Below, one piece after another: positions 1-14,783 of a DNA stretch of 64,000 bases. Below the pieces are notes generated by a model. The model saw nothing but the letters and a program-made list of their open reading frames with translations, was not told where the DNA came from and made no database searches. Origin of the DNA: Octopus vulgaris (lineage: Eukaryota); contig OX597835.1 of the NCBI GenBank assembly GCA_951406725.2, positions 48,980,001 to 49,044,000 on the forward strand, given 5' to 3'. The translations under genes were made by a program, and so were the position numbers. Positions within the stretch are counted from its first letter, which is position 1. Each line of letters begins with the position of its first letter.

Positions 1-94
1 ATATATATTATATTGTGTGAAATTTGATTTAGTATTTCTAAATTGAATTTTTTTTTTCCTTGTAAGTTTTGGATTTTATTCCCTCAAATATTAA

Positions 95-310
95 TTATAT
101 ATATATATATATATACATACATACATACATGCATGTATATGTGTATATAAGCAAGTATGCATACATACATACATACATACATACATACATACATACATAC
201 ACACATACATACATACATTCATACATACATACATACATACATACATACATACATACATACATACATACATACATACATACATACATACATGTATGCAGGC
301 ATACATACAA
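95..310. repeat. (TA)n/(TACA)n microsatellite
   Basis: Direct inspection; explains the YIHT/MYVC ORFs. Confidence 0.95.
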
Positions 311-904
311 TGGTTGTGCACATGATCTCACTTCCCCTCCCCATAAACAGTTCTGCATTTGTATCCCGCAACGATTTCTAATCCTTTTAATGAGTACCCA
401 CGTTCCACCCACTCTTGTTTCCATATTACTGGGGCGTGTCAGGGTGGCGGGTGTCCGCTGCAGTAATATAGGTTATGGGCGAGGTGTAGTGTGTTTATCT
501 ACGGCAACATCTTCGATAGTCATCGATAAGTTTAAAGGTTAACAGGAATGGCTCTCCTCTTCAACATTGGATAATAAGCGGAAACACAAAAGTATTTTCA
601 TAGAAATAATAATGTTGTTGTTCATCATAAAAACTCCTGTGATGAAGAGGAGGAGGAGGATGAGGAGAAAGAGGGGAGAAAATTGAGGAGGGGATGAGAG
701 GACGTGCAGAGCAGGAATAGGAGGAGAGGAGTGACCGGGAAGGAAAGAGGTAGAAAACAAAAACAGGAAGAAAAAGAGAACGGGGAAGATGGGAAGAACA
801 AGAAAACAGAAGAGGCGGAGTAGGAGAAGGAGCGGTGGAGGAGTGGTGAAGGTAATTAATTGGTGGTCGAGATAAATGATGTTGCACACATTCACTGGTG
901 TTGA

Positions 905-1150
905 TGGTGTCTGGGTTCAATTCCACAGTGGGGCACTTTGGACAAGTGTCTTCTAGCCTTGAACCAACCTAAGCCTTGTGAATAAATTTGGTAAACGGAA
1001 ACTGAAAGAAGCCTGTTGTATATATATATATATATATACATATATGTATGTATATTTATGTATGTGCCTTTGTGTCTGTGTTTGTCCCCATCACCACCGC
1101 ATGACAACCAGTGTTCGTGTGTTTGCGTGTCCTTAACTTTGCGGTTCAGT
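905..1150 (+). mobile_element. tRNA-derived SINE family A, diverged partial copy
   Basis: gggttcaattcc B-box-like motif, ttggacaagtgtcttct, ggaaactgaaagaagcc and internal (TA)n, all shared with other copies. Confidence 0.8.
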
Positions 1151-1229
1151 ACAAGGCCCATCTTAGAAGTTGCTGGCCTTGTGCGAAAACTTAGAAAGCA
1201 TTTTTTTGCCCGTTTGATTTTCATTTTAT

Positions 1230-1860
1230 TTCATTTTCCTGTCGGATCTCAGTCAGAGACCTAAGGCACGTATATAGTAGGTGGGGAGAAAATTCTTGAG
1301 GAGATGGACTGTTGATTTCAGTACAACTTTTCGAACCCCTTAGATTGCTGGTTTCCCTGGGATCTGGTCAAAAACGTTTTTGATTCCTTTCTTGATGATT
1401 CTCAGGGCACCCACAACAAGGATGGTTTTGGATTTTAAGTTGCCATATTCTAGATATCTCAATCTCAAGGTCCTTGTATTTCGATAGTTTCTGAGATTCT
1501 TTCGCTGAGATGTTTTTGTCACCATCACATCAATTATTAAGCGCGCAGATCTTTTTCTTAAGTCTTTGATGACGATGCCTAAGGTCTTTGACGACGAGAT
1601 AGAGACTATGGACGCCTGACTTTGGCTGATGCGTCTTATTTAATGTCAACACTCTCCTGATCTTTAAGTCCATACGTTCGAGTTCACTAAAATTCCAATT
1701 AATGGCATTAAGTCTATACTGAACAACTGGTACCGGCAGGGACTTCAATTCTGCGAGTTCAGGCCACTATTCAAGATCATTCTAACACGTCTAGAATATT
1801 CTTTCCTTATCTCTTTCATTCACACGCGCTGAATCCTTTTCCCTTCGTTTACTCCAAGAT
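1230..1860 (-). mobile_element. R4/Dong-like RLE retrotransposon fragment (RT thumb + RLE end, internally deleted)
   Basis: Peptides VPVVQYRLNAINWNFSELERMDLKIRRVLT..H.PKS and ILVVGALRIIKKG; abuts (TTA)n at 1880. Confidence 0.8.
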
Positions 1861-1877
1861 ATTTATAAAAACCTTAC

Positions 1878-1895
1878 CATCATTATCATTATTAA

Positions 1896-1970
<75 letters not shown>

Positions 1971-1992
1971 CATTATTATTATTATTATTATT

Positions 1993-2053
<61 letters not shown>

Positions 2054-2186
2054 GTAGGAGGAGGAGGAGGAGGAGGAGGAGAGCAGGCCAAATTGTTAGC
2101 ACACCTTGAGTACCAGTTGAGTACTGAGGTCGATGTAATCGATTAATCTCCCCCTGCCAACTTTCAGGCCTTGTGCCATCATCATC

Positions 2187-2256
<70 letters not shown>

Positions 2257-2275
2257 CCATCATCATTTTCATTAC
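1878..2275. repeat. (TTA)n/(CAT)n/(GGA)n compound microsatellite with a SINE-D fragment at ~2087-2178
   Basis: Direct inspection. Confidence 0.9.
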
Positions 2276-2279
2276 CATC

Positions 2280-2760
2280 TTCTTCCAGTTCTGTTTCCTG
2301 CCGAGTGTCTTCCTGATACCTAGGGCAGAGAAACGTACTGTATACATTGGTAGGCCATTAAAATAAACTCATCAGATTCTTCATTTACAAAGTCATGTGA
2401 TAGAGAAAAAGGGGGAAGAAGGATAGAGAGAAAAACTAAAAAAATAAAAAATAAAAAAGTGAACATATAAAATATAAGGGGGGGGAAGAGAGAGAAAATT
2501 CCCAGCGTCAGTGTTCCCTTCTCACTACGTGTGACCAGTTACCAGTTAAGACATTCTTTTCCCAGGGATCATCCTCAAGTAATTTTCAGTTCCTTTTTTG
2601 GATCATTCCAATTGCTCCTACAATCACTGGTATTCTAACCGTCTTGAGATGCCACATCTTTTTGGGATTTCAATCAGCAAATCTTTATATTTTCTGAGCT
2701 TATCAAATTCCTTTGCCGAGATACTCTGGTCACAGGGTAATGCTCGTGTCAATCAATAGA
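2280..2760 (-). mobile_element. R4/Dong-like RLE 3' fragment
   Basis: Encodes EFDKLRKYKDLLIEI and similar 3' UTR to the 36075-36717 copy; 5' break abuts (TTA)n. Confidence 0.85.
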
Positions 2761-2776
2761 ATTATTATTATTATTA

Positions 2777-2870
<94 letters not shown>

Positions 2871-2871
<1 letters not shown>

Positions 2872-3429
2872 GAGTGAGAGAGCAGTTCATGCCATCAAAG
2901 TGACACTGGGGTAAAATATAAGAAGCCCAATATACCCATCATGACTACCCGTCTGATAAAGGTACACCAGGCACATGCATCACAACCATATGTGCGCGAC
3001 ATGGTGATCTCATATCAAGATAAACAGACAGCACATGGCCTTGCAGGTGGGGCCCAGTTAGAATTTTCTTCAGGTCGAGTAGCCCATCCCGCTCAAAAGG
3101 TCCCTGAATAAGGGTTGTTTAAGGATGTTGAAAGAACCACCCATGTTTCCAGAGGTGAATTATTCAAACCCCAAAGAATCCCTCTCAACACATGGCTATG
3201 ATGCTCCCCCACTACTTCTGCTCGTGATCAGAGATGCACATATCGTCAGCCACTAAGGGACATGCTCAACTGGTTACGGTCAAACAACTGACAAGCAAAT
3301 CTGTGGTATTGAGCGGAATATTTGCTGTAGCCCATCTTTTACACCAAGACAAAACAATGTACATGATAACACTTCCAATCAGTTAAGATCAGAAGCCATG
3401 AGAGCCACTGCCTGGTACCGCATCAGGGC

Positions 3430-3432
<3 letters not shown>
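2871..3432 (-). mobile_element. ~560-bp non-coding interspersed element (family E) flanked by (TAA)n on both sides
   Basis: Near-identical copies at 35447-35806 and 61285-61827; strand assigned by analogy with (TAA)n-tailed RLE elements. Confidence 0.8.
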
Positions 3433-3509
<77 letters not shown>

Positions 3510-3552
3510 GCAGCAGCAGCAGTTGCTACAGTAGCAGCAATAGAAGCTACAA

Positions 3553-3621
<69 letters not shown>

Positions 3622-3637
3622 CAGCATCAGCAGCAGC

Positions 3638-3733
<96 letters not shown>

Positions 3734-4300
3734 GGCAGCAGCAGCGGCAGTAGTAGTAGTAGCAGTAGTAGTATGTTAATCATCATCATCACTATCATCA
3801 TCGTCGCCATCGTTATTGTTTTTCTGGGACCTACGATGATCATAATTCTCATGAAGGCAAAGATGCTGACGTGGGCGAGGATGATTAAGATGTTGCTGAT
3901 GATAATGATGACGATGCTGACGATGATGATGATGATGATGATGGTGGTGGTGATGATTGTGATGAACATCAGGATGATTATGATTAATAATACTAATTGT
4001 GATGATAATGATGATGATGATTATGATAATCATGAAATTAACTCTAATGAGATTTTACGTGCCAGATTAATGACAATTGCAAACCATCACCACCACCACC
4101 CATCATCATCATTGCAATCACTATCGTTGTCGCCGCCCCCATCGACCTCATCATCGTCATCGTCATCGTCATCGTCATCACCAACAACAACACAAGCAAA
4201 AGCAACGTTGATATTCGTAGACCTCATTATCATCATCATCATCAACAACATCAACAACAACAACATGTACAACGATAACAGTTGCAACGACATCATTATT

Positions 4301-4363
<63 letters not shown>

Positions 4364-4417
4364 TACAACATCAGCAACAACATGTACAACAATAACAGTT
4401 GCAACAACATCATTATT

Positions 4418-4448
<31 letters not shown>

Positions 4449-5110
4449 ACATCACCATCATCCACAGCATCAACAACGACAACAACAACAACAACCTATT
4501 GATATTCTCTCTGTCGGTTTCCTGAGTCAGCCATTAGTCATCCGTGATGTCACATTGATCTCAACATCGCTCTCGTCGTTCTTGTTAGTTGTTGTTTACA
4601 TCAGCATCGTTGTTGATGTTGTCGTTGATGTTGTTGTTATTGATGTTGTTGTTATTGTTGTTGTTGTTGCTGTTGTTGTTGTTGTTGATTTAATCGCTCT
4701 AATCGATGTTGCCGATGACGTTTCATAGTTTGACGATTTCATCGTCACCATTTGACGCGGTTGGTAGATTGTGGTTTAACTACGTCGTACCCTGTTACAC
4801 TGCATCGGTAGTGGTGGTCGTGGTGATGTTGGTATGGAGCAGTGTTGACGGTGATGGTAGTGGTGGTGGTGGTGGTGGTCATGTTGGCGTCGGCAGTGTT
4901 GATCATCGTGTTGTTGATGGTGTGTGACGGCTGTCATCGTATTTCTGGTGGTCGTGGTAATAGAGGTCATTCAGAGGTAGTTGTGATAATGACGGTTGTT
5001 GAGATCGTGGGGATGGCGACGGTGATAGTCATGGTGGTGGTGGTGGTGGTGCTGGTGCTGGTGCTGATGGTGTTGGTGCTGGGGATGGTAGTTTTGGTGA
5101 CGTTGTTGTG
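3433..5110. repeat. Mosaic trinucleotide repeat region (ATT, AGC, AGT, GAT, CAT, AAC, GTT, GGT)
   Basis: Direct inspection; produces the spurious 375-aa ORF. Confidence 0.9.
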
Positions 5111-5429
5111 TAACTCCATGTCTATCCAAAACAAGCGGACCTGTGGACGGAACACATGTAGTCCGCCGAATGGCCACGGGTGACCTAAAAGTGCTCCTCC
5201 CTGTTATGCTAAATCCTTTCCCTTCTTCATCACATAAAGGACTTTATTTCACACATCTTGTAATGACACAAGAGAATGGAGGCATTGTTGATTTTCAAAT
5301 CAAGAATTCTTTTCTCATTCATACCTTTTTATTCTATTTCAGATACTTACATGGCAGGGCGGGGCTTCATATCACCCATTCCTTGAAGGGATCAACGATA
5401 CAAGACGTTTACCAAATTATGGTCTACGA

Positions 5430-5758
5430 CAGTGGTTCTCAATCGGGATCCATATGACCCTTGGGAGTCCATGGAAGACCCCTGGGGGATCCACGCAATC
5501 AAAATAGTAAGCTGGAGATCTACAGTTGTAACTTGAGGGTCCTTGAAACAAATGTTGGGTGTATTTATTGCAAGAAACAGCTAGGTTTCTTTCTCTGTCT
5601 TAGTCCAACCTTTGTCAAACATTCACACGTGAATGTTTGACAAAGTAATTTTGAGAGAAATATCTATAAGACTAATTTATTAACATTTAATGGTTATAAG
5701 GGTCCACCAGAATAAAATAGTAATCAAAGGGGTCCAAAGAAATGGTTGCGAACCTCTG
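5430..5758. mobile_element. hAT-like MITE
   Basis: TIR cagtggttctcaa ... ggttgcgaacctctg; repeated ggggtcca subterminal motifs. Confidence 0.75.
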
Positions 5759-5941
5759 TTCCACAGCAATAAATACCCTTTTAATGCGTGTCCTCCAGCG
5801 TCTATATAGGAGCGGTTCTGGTTTCCTTCTTAATTCCTCGATGAAACGCGTTCCAGGGTGGGTTTTTTTTTTACTTCTTTTTCAGTTTTTATAAATGCTT
5901 TTGCTTTCTTCACTAATGGATGAATATGTTGTAATGAAAAT

Positions 5942-6395
5942 TGGTTTGAAATGTTGTCACAAGGCCAGCAATTGTGGACAGTGGCGCAAGTCGATTTCAT
6001 TCATCCCTAGCGCTTAATGGGTACTTGTTTTCCCGACCCCGAAAGGATGAAAGGCGAAGTCGACCCCCCGGTAGCATTTCAACTCAGAACGTAAAGTCGG
6101 AACAAATGCCGCTATGCAATTTTTCCGGCGCGGTGACGATCCTGCCAGCTCACCACCTTAGTAAGTTGCAACATTGTATTGGTTTCAAGTTTTGGCACAA
6201 GGCCAGCAGTTTCGGGGGAGGTGGTAAGTCGATTACATCGACCGCAGTGTTCAACTGATACTTCTTTTATCGCCCGGAAATGATGGAAGGCAAAGTCCAC
6301 CTCGGCAGCATTTGAACTCAGTATGTAACGTCGAAAGAAATGCCCCTAAGTATTCTATCCGGCGTGCAGACGATTCTACCGGCACGCCGTCACCT
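5942..6395 (-). mobile_element. Two tandem SINE family D copies
   Basis: Two units of cacaaggccagca...gaaaggatgaaaggc..agtcgac...gaactcagaacgt...gctcacc, reverse of the 13862-14075 type. Confidence 0.8.
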
Positions 6396-6531
6396 TTATA
6401 GTTTGATGATAATTTGCAGAAGGTGAGAGGGCAGCTGGGCAATTGTCTGTATCGTGGTTGTAGTGGCCAGATGTGGAGAGCAGAACGCATTATCTCTAAA
6501 AGAATAAATTCGTGAAGAGATGTGCAAATTT

Positions 6532-6724
6532 CTGACGGAAAGAATACAAACTTAAGATCAGTTCAAATATGTATGAAGGATATTTGAACGTGTTATAGCT
6601 TTTCACTGCAGAGAGTAGCGAAGAAGAATTCCCTCCTCGACAAAGTGCAGTGAAAAGATTATACATGTTTAAATACTTCTCAAACATATTTGAACTAATT
6701 TTAAATTTCTATTTTTATCGTCAC
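6532..6724. repeat. Imperfect inverted repeat (~80-bp arms, ~35-nt loop)
   Basis: cttttcactgca/tgcagtgaaaag, agttcaaatatgt/acatatttgaact, tgacg/cgtca. Confidence 0.8.
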
Positions 6725-7437
6725 GGGTTCCTGTACAAACTCACATAAGTTCTGTCCTGGCGGCAAATATGCACCGGCAGTCTTTGATAATGACTGATTT
6801 ACAATAAACGAAGTAAAGTTTTCTAGTCAGCTCAGAATTGCATCTTTTAGTATCTGGTGCTGAAGAGAACTAACGACTTAGAAATGAGTTTCTGCTGACT
6901 AGTCTGTTTTAAAACAATTATTATCAATTATTATCAAGCGATATTTTTCCTCCGCAACAAATTGCAAAGAAAACCCTTTACAGGTTAGAATATCTTTCAG
7001 GTATATTTGAACTGATCTCAAGATTAGTTGCTGCTAATTGGATGAGGTATGTATGCGTATTAGTACGGACTGCTTAAGCTGTGTATGGAAGCCCTGTTGT
7101 TGCAATGTTGTTACGTTACCTCTGCTTTTATTTGAAAGCAACGAAGTCATGATAAAGTCCCTGCTTATGTTTGTATAGGGCGTGTGTACAAGTATATATA
7201 CATATATATATATGTGTGTGTGTGTATGTGTGTGTGTGTGTGTGTGTGTGCATTTATGTGCCTATGTTTGCATAGCGTGTGAAATTACTTACACTGTAAG
7301 GTGTGCGTGTGTGCACCTGTATGTGTGTATGTGCGTGTATATGTGCGAATGAGTGACAAGGGGATTGATTGATTGAGTGGACAAAAGAGTAATCGAGTGA
7401 GTAAATAACTTACTGAGAGAGAGAAGGGAGTTTACAG

Positions 7438-7472
<35 letters not shown>

Positions 7473-8172
7473 ATTGTTGTTATCTCTCTTGCTCTTATTG
7501 TCGTCACTCTTAGCCTTGTTTCTATTGTTTCTGCCGTCATTGTTATCGTTGCTCTTAAGGCGTCGAGCTGGAGTAGTCGTTAGCACTTCGAACAAAACGC
7601 ACTTGAAAACGGTGCCAAAAAAATCCACGGTTCGATACCGGTCTGCCACCACGTGGTTGGGTCTCCTTCGTACTTTGAACTCTATATTTGTACTTCCGTT
7701 GATGCTGTTATGAAGACTAGAGTCATTCAGTTTTGCTATACAACTCTTAAACTAGGTGAAGCGATGCCACGATATCCCTCTTGATATCAATATTGACGTG
7801 AAACCCGGGTTGATAAAAACTACCCTGATTGCATGTCATCCAGCCTCAGTAACATCTGTAACCGATATTACGGTTTTGTGGTTACCGGAGCCAGTCGGTG
7901 TGGGTACCGACAGGGTAACTGTGAGTGTGTATGGATGTATGGATGGATGTATGGATATACACTCACACACAGGCAAAAACACGGAAGTGGATGTATACAC
8001 ATACATATATGTTTGCATATGTGTATAACGAATATGTGCTGATAGGCGTGTGTGTATGTGCGTCTGTATGTTCATATATGTGTTTGTGAGAATGCATGCA
8101 TATAAACATGTGCTTATATATGTATATAAGTATATACACCAATATATAAACGTGTATGTGTGTGTGTATGAG

Positions 8173-8577
8173 TTCTTTTATTCTTTTACTTGTTTCAGTC
8201 TCTTGATTGTGGTCATGCTGGAGCAACACCTTTTAGTCGAAGAAACCGATGCCAGGGTTTATTCTGTGTAAGCCTGGTACTTACTCTATCAGTCGCTTTT
8301 GCCGAACCACTAAGTTACGGGGACATAAACACGCCAGCATCGGTTATCAAATGATGGTGGGGCGACAAACACAGACACAAAGACGCACACATAAATATAT
8401 ACATACAGATATGCACGACGGGCTTCTTTCAGTTTCCGTCTACCAAATCTACCTACAAGGCTTTGGTCGGCCCAAGGCCACAGCAGAGGTCACCTGGCCA
8501 AGGTGTCACACAGTGGGACTGAACACGGGACCATATGATTGGAAAGCAAGTTTCTGGCCACACAGTCTCGCCTACGC
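8173..8577 (-). mobile_element. SINE family A, full length
   Basis: Reverse complement of the 23832-24240 consensus. Confidence 0.9.
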
Positions 8578-8592
8578 TTATGTGTGTGTGAA

Positions 8593-8665
<73 letters not shown>

Positions 8666-8804
8666 CTAACGGGGTAACATGGCAACCATTAGTTTCATGT
8701 TGAGAGAAATCTCAACAATTGACAATCCTTCCACATGGGACGTTGGATTTCGTCTCTATCTTGAGTAGCTTTGCAGGTCACAAAAAAAGAATATTTATCC
8801 ACCA

Positions 8805-9215
8805 ATGCAGTGCTGAGCATGTATGGCAAAAAGCTCACCTCCCATCCACATGATATCGTGTTCAGTTCCACTGCGTGGCACCTTGGGCAAGTGTCTTCTA
8901 ATATGACCCCGAGTCGAACAAAGCCATGTGAGTGGATTTGGTTGACGGAAACCAAAAGAAACCCTTCGTAAATATATGTATGTGTATGTGTGTGTGTGTG
9001 TGTGCGTTTGTGGCAGTGCTTATCTCTACACCATCGCTCGACAACCGAGGTTGGTTTGTTTACTTCCCCGCAATTTGCCGAGTCTTTAAAGGAGACTCAT
9101 AGAGTAAGTACTAGGCTTACAAAGAATAAATCCTGGGGTCGATTTCTTTCAATGCAAGCCCGCTTAAGGTAGTGCTCCAGCATGGCCGCGGTCAAATCAC
9201 TGAAACAAGTAAAAG
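8805..9215 (+). mobile_element. SINE family A, diverged
   Basis: cactgcgtggcaccttgggcaagtgtcttct ... ctccagcatggccgcggtcaaatcactgaaacaagt. Confidence 0.85.
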
Positions 9216-9261
9216 GAAAAATAGGTAAAAGAATACAGACAGACAGACAGACATATAGCTT

Positions 9262-9361
<100 letters not shown>

Positions 9362-9694
9362 TTCCTATACCAACCGGCTCACATAAACATTCTCTCACAC
9401 TTGTGTGAGTGAGCATCTCAGTGTGCCGCTGTGTGTATATGAACCCACGTATATGTAACGTGCCGTAGAATCATTATCGTACTATATTTCTATCTATTAG
9501 GATATCTTTATAACGATAACGATATCCCATCCCATATCTATTAATCAGTATTAAGTCACCGTTGCAAGAAAATGGATATAGGATAGGGTATATAAAGTAA
9601 GATGGCGTTACATGGCGGCGGCGGAGGCGGTGATGGTGGTGAGGATTGTTATCATCAGCATCATGTTGACGTCCATGAATGATGATGATGATCT

Positions 9695-9985
9695 TAAAGA
9701 AGATAGAGTAGAAGAAAAAGAAGCAGAAGATGGAGAAGAAGAAGACGAAGAAGAAGAAGAAGAAGAAGAAGAAGAAGAAGAAGAAAACAACAACAACAAG
9801 GACGAGGAGGTGGAGAGGAAGTAGAAGACGGATGAGGGTGAGGAGGAGGAGGGTGAATAAATGGAAAGAAAGAGAAAAAGAAAGAAAGAAAGAAACTGAA
9901 CACGAAAAGGAAGAATTAGAAGAGAAAGAAAAAGAACAACAATAGCAATAACAACAACAACAACAAGGACAAGAGGGGGGAAGAA

Positions 9986-10021
<36 letters not shown>

Positions 10022-10187
10022 GTAGAAGGATGAGGAGAGGAAGAGAAGGGTATGGAGAATAAAAGGAAAGAAAGTGGCAAAAGAGACTGAAAAATTAAAA
10101 TGAAGAAGAAGAAGAACAACAACAGCAACAACAACATAACAACACCAGCAACAGCAACGAGAAGAAGAAGAAGGAGGAGGAGGAGAA

Positions 10188-10218
<31 letters not shown>

Positions 10219-10330
10219 AAGAAGAAGAAAAAGAAGAAGAAGAAGAAGAAGAAGAAGAAGAAGAAGAAGAAGAAGAAGAAGAAGAAGAAGAAGAAGAAGA
10301 AGAAGAAGAAGAAGAAGAAGAAGAAAATAA
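9695..10330. repeat. Purine-rich (GAA)n/(GAT)n/(CAA)n compound repeat
   Basis: Direct inspection. Confidence 0.9.
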
Positions 10331-10662
10331 AGGAAATTAAAAAGAAAAAAATGGAGAGGAGAGCTGTTTAATAAATTTGTCCTGAAGCACAGCAACAAAG
10401 ACGCCAACACAAACAACATCATCAACACGATTAACAACAACAACAACAAGACTAACTTCAGCGCAACCAGAAAATAACAGAAGCCATTAGGAAGAAATGG
10501 GTGCGATGATGTGGGAGTGGCAGGGGGGTGTCGGTTAATATGGCAAATTTTAACAACAACGAGCTTTTATTACTCTTAGGGAGACACAACATGGAAATAT
10601 TTTCTATTTCTGTCTTCCATATTGTTGTGTGTGTGTGTGTGTGTGTGTGTGTGAGTGTGTGT

Positions 10663-10694
<32 letters not shown>

Positions 10695-10702
10695 CCTCAG
10701 AT

Positions 10703-11078
10703 AGGCGCAGGAGTGGCTGTGGTAAGTAGCTTGCTAACCACATGGTTCCGAGTTCAGTCCCACTGCGTGGCACCTTGGGCGAGTGTCTTCTGCTATAGCC
10801 CCAGGCCGACCAATGTCTTGTGAGTGGATTTCGTAGAGGGAAACTGAAAGAAGCCTGTCGTATATATGTATATATATGTATATGTATGTGTGTGTGTTTG
10901 TGTGAGTGTGTTTGTCCCCCTAGCATTGCTTGACAACCGATGCTGGTGTGTTTACGTCCCTGTCACTTAGTGGTTCGGCAAAAGAGACCGAATAAGTCCC
11001 GGGGTCGATTTGCTCGGCTAAAGGCGGTGCTCCAGCATGGCCGCAGTCAAATGACTGAAACATGTAAAGTGTAAAGAG
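10703..11078 (+). mobile_element. SINE family A
   Basis: aggcgcaggagtggctgtggtaag A-box-like head, gagttcagtcc B-box-like motif, conserved tail. Confidence 0.9.
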
Positions 11079-11535
11079 ATATATTTCTAGATCGTTTTAT
11101 TACTCTGATGCTTGTACTCTGCATCTGCATGGAGTTGGGTTTTTTTCCTACCTATCATACGGAAATATAAACTATTGGCATATCAAAGCATGTGGTGGGG
11201 AGAAGGCACGTGTGTGTGTGTATATGGATTTATATGTGGGTGTGGGTGTGGGATTGTGTGTGTAATATCAATCATTCAATATGCTTTTGAATGTTTCAAC
11301 ACGACACATCTTAACTCAATAGCGTACTCTATACAAGATTTAGAGCCAAACATCCCAAAGGTTGACAGTAACTGCGAAGTTTCATCGGAGGCAGACTCGC
11401 AACTTAACGAAAATCAAGTTAGTCAAGTTGTTCACAGAAAGTTTTTATGTGAGAGACTGAATGAGCAAAAAATATCAACATACGCTCATATGTGTGTGCA
11501 TGTGTGTATGAGTGTGTGCGTATCTCTATGAATGT

Positions 11536-11578
<43 letters not shown>

Positions 11579-11617
11579 TCTCCTTCTTTTTCCTTCTTCC
11601 CTTCTTTGGACTTTTCT

Positions 11618-11690
11618 ATATTTCTGATGAAGAGCTCCGCTCGAAACGTGAAATCCTCTTTCTTTTCTTTCCTTTCCTGAGCGTCCAATA
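11618..11690 (+). ncRNA. Hammerhead-ribozyme-like motif in a Penelope-type terminal repeat remnant
   Basis: CTGATGA-a-GAGC-tcc-GCTC-GAAACGT...GCGTC-caata; stem I tatt/aata. Confidence 0.55.
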
Positions 11691-11846
11691 ACACAGTACT
11701 TGTCCCACGTCCTCGCGTTGTTGTCTTTCCTTGTTTGCTCATGTTTGGATTGACTGTATAGTTATATATATATATATATATATTGACTCAAATATATATT
11801 TTTTAACCTTTTAAAACAAGCCTTCTGTAGTTTTTTCACTTTTTAT

Positions 11847-11931
<85 letters not shown>

Positions 11932-12024
11932 CTGGTAACTATTCATTCATTTATCCGTGTTAATTGTTAACAAGGTAAAATACACTCATCTATTTATAAT
12001 ATATATATATATATATACATATAT

Positions 12025-12310
12025 AAAGCCTTGTGAGTGGATTTGGTAGACGGAAACTGAAAGAAGCCCGTTGTATATATGTATATATATGTATATGTAT
12101 GTATGTGTGTGTGTTTGTGTGAGTGTGTTTGTCCCCCCAACATTGCTTGACAACCGATGCTGGTGTGTTTATGTCCCCGTCACTTAGCGGTTCGGCAAAA
12201 GAGACCGATAGAATAAGTACTGGGCTTACAAAGAATAAGTCCCGGGATCGATTTGCTCGATTAAAGGCGGTGCTCCAGCATGGCCACAGTCAAAATGACT
12301 GAAACAAGTA

Positions 12311-12312
<2 letters not shown>
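12025..12312 (+). mobile_element. SINE family A, 5'-truncated
   Basis: Matches the body and tail of other copies. Confidence 0.9.
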
Positions 12313-13861
<1,549 letters not shown>

Positions 13862-14075
13862 GGCTGGTAGAATCGTTAGCATAGTGGGCAAAATGTTTAG
13901 TAGCATTTCGCCCGCCATGACGTTTTGAGTTCAATTTCCACCGAGGTCGACTTGCCTTTCATACTTTCTGGGTAAATAAATTAAGTACTTTTGAAATATC
14001 GGAGTCGATGCAGTCGACTAGTTTCTGCCTCCCGCCCCAAATTTCAGGCCTTGTGTCCCTTTAGTAGAAAGGATT
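13862..14075 (+). mobile_element. SINE family D
   Basis: gctggtagaatcgttagc head, gagttcaatttcc B-box-like motif, caggccttgtg..tagtagaaaggatt tail. Confidence 0.85.
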
Positions 14076-14087
14076 ATACATATATAT

Positions 14088-14480
14088 AGGCGCAGGAATA
14101 GCTGTGTGGTAAGTAGCTTGCTTACCAACCACATGGTTCCGGGTTCAGCACCACTGTGTGGCTCCTTGGGCAAGAGTCTTCTAATGTAGCCTCGGGCTGA
14201 CCAAAGCCTTCTGAGTGGTTTGGTAGACGGAAACTGAAAGAAACCCGTCGTATATATATATATATATATATGTATAGGTTTGTGTCTCTGTGTTTGTCCC
14301 TCCACCATCGCTTGACAACCGATGTTGGTGTACTTATGTCACTGTTACTTAGCGGTTCGGTAAAAGAGACTGATAGAATAAGTACTAGGCTTGCAAAAAA
14401 TAAGTCCTGGGGTCGATTTGCCCAACTAAAGGCGCTGCACAAGCATGGCCGCAGTCAAATAACTGAAACAAGTAAAAGAA
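14088..14480 (+). mobile_element. SINE family A
   Basis: Full consensus match. Confidence 0.9.
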
Positions 14481-14486
14481 TATATA

Positions 14487-14717
14487 CTCTTTACTCTCTT
14501 TTACTCTTTTACTTGTTTCAGTCATTTGACTGCGGCCATGCTGGAGCACCGCCTTTAGTCGAGCAACTCGACTCCGGGACTTATTCTTTGTAAACCCAGT
14601 ACTTATTCTATCGGTCTCTTTTGCCGAACCGCTAAGTGACGGGGACATAAACACACCAGCATCGGTTGTCAAGCGATGTTGGGGGGACAAACAGACACAC
14701 AAACATACACACACACG

Positions 14718-14783
<66 letters not shown>

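Noticed and set aside
3398-4525. 375-aa ORF
   Set aside because: Homopolymeric I/S/M/N runs from trinucleotide repeats; starts inside family E; no domain
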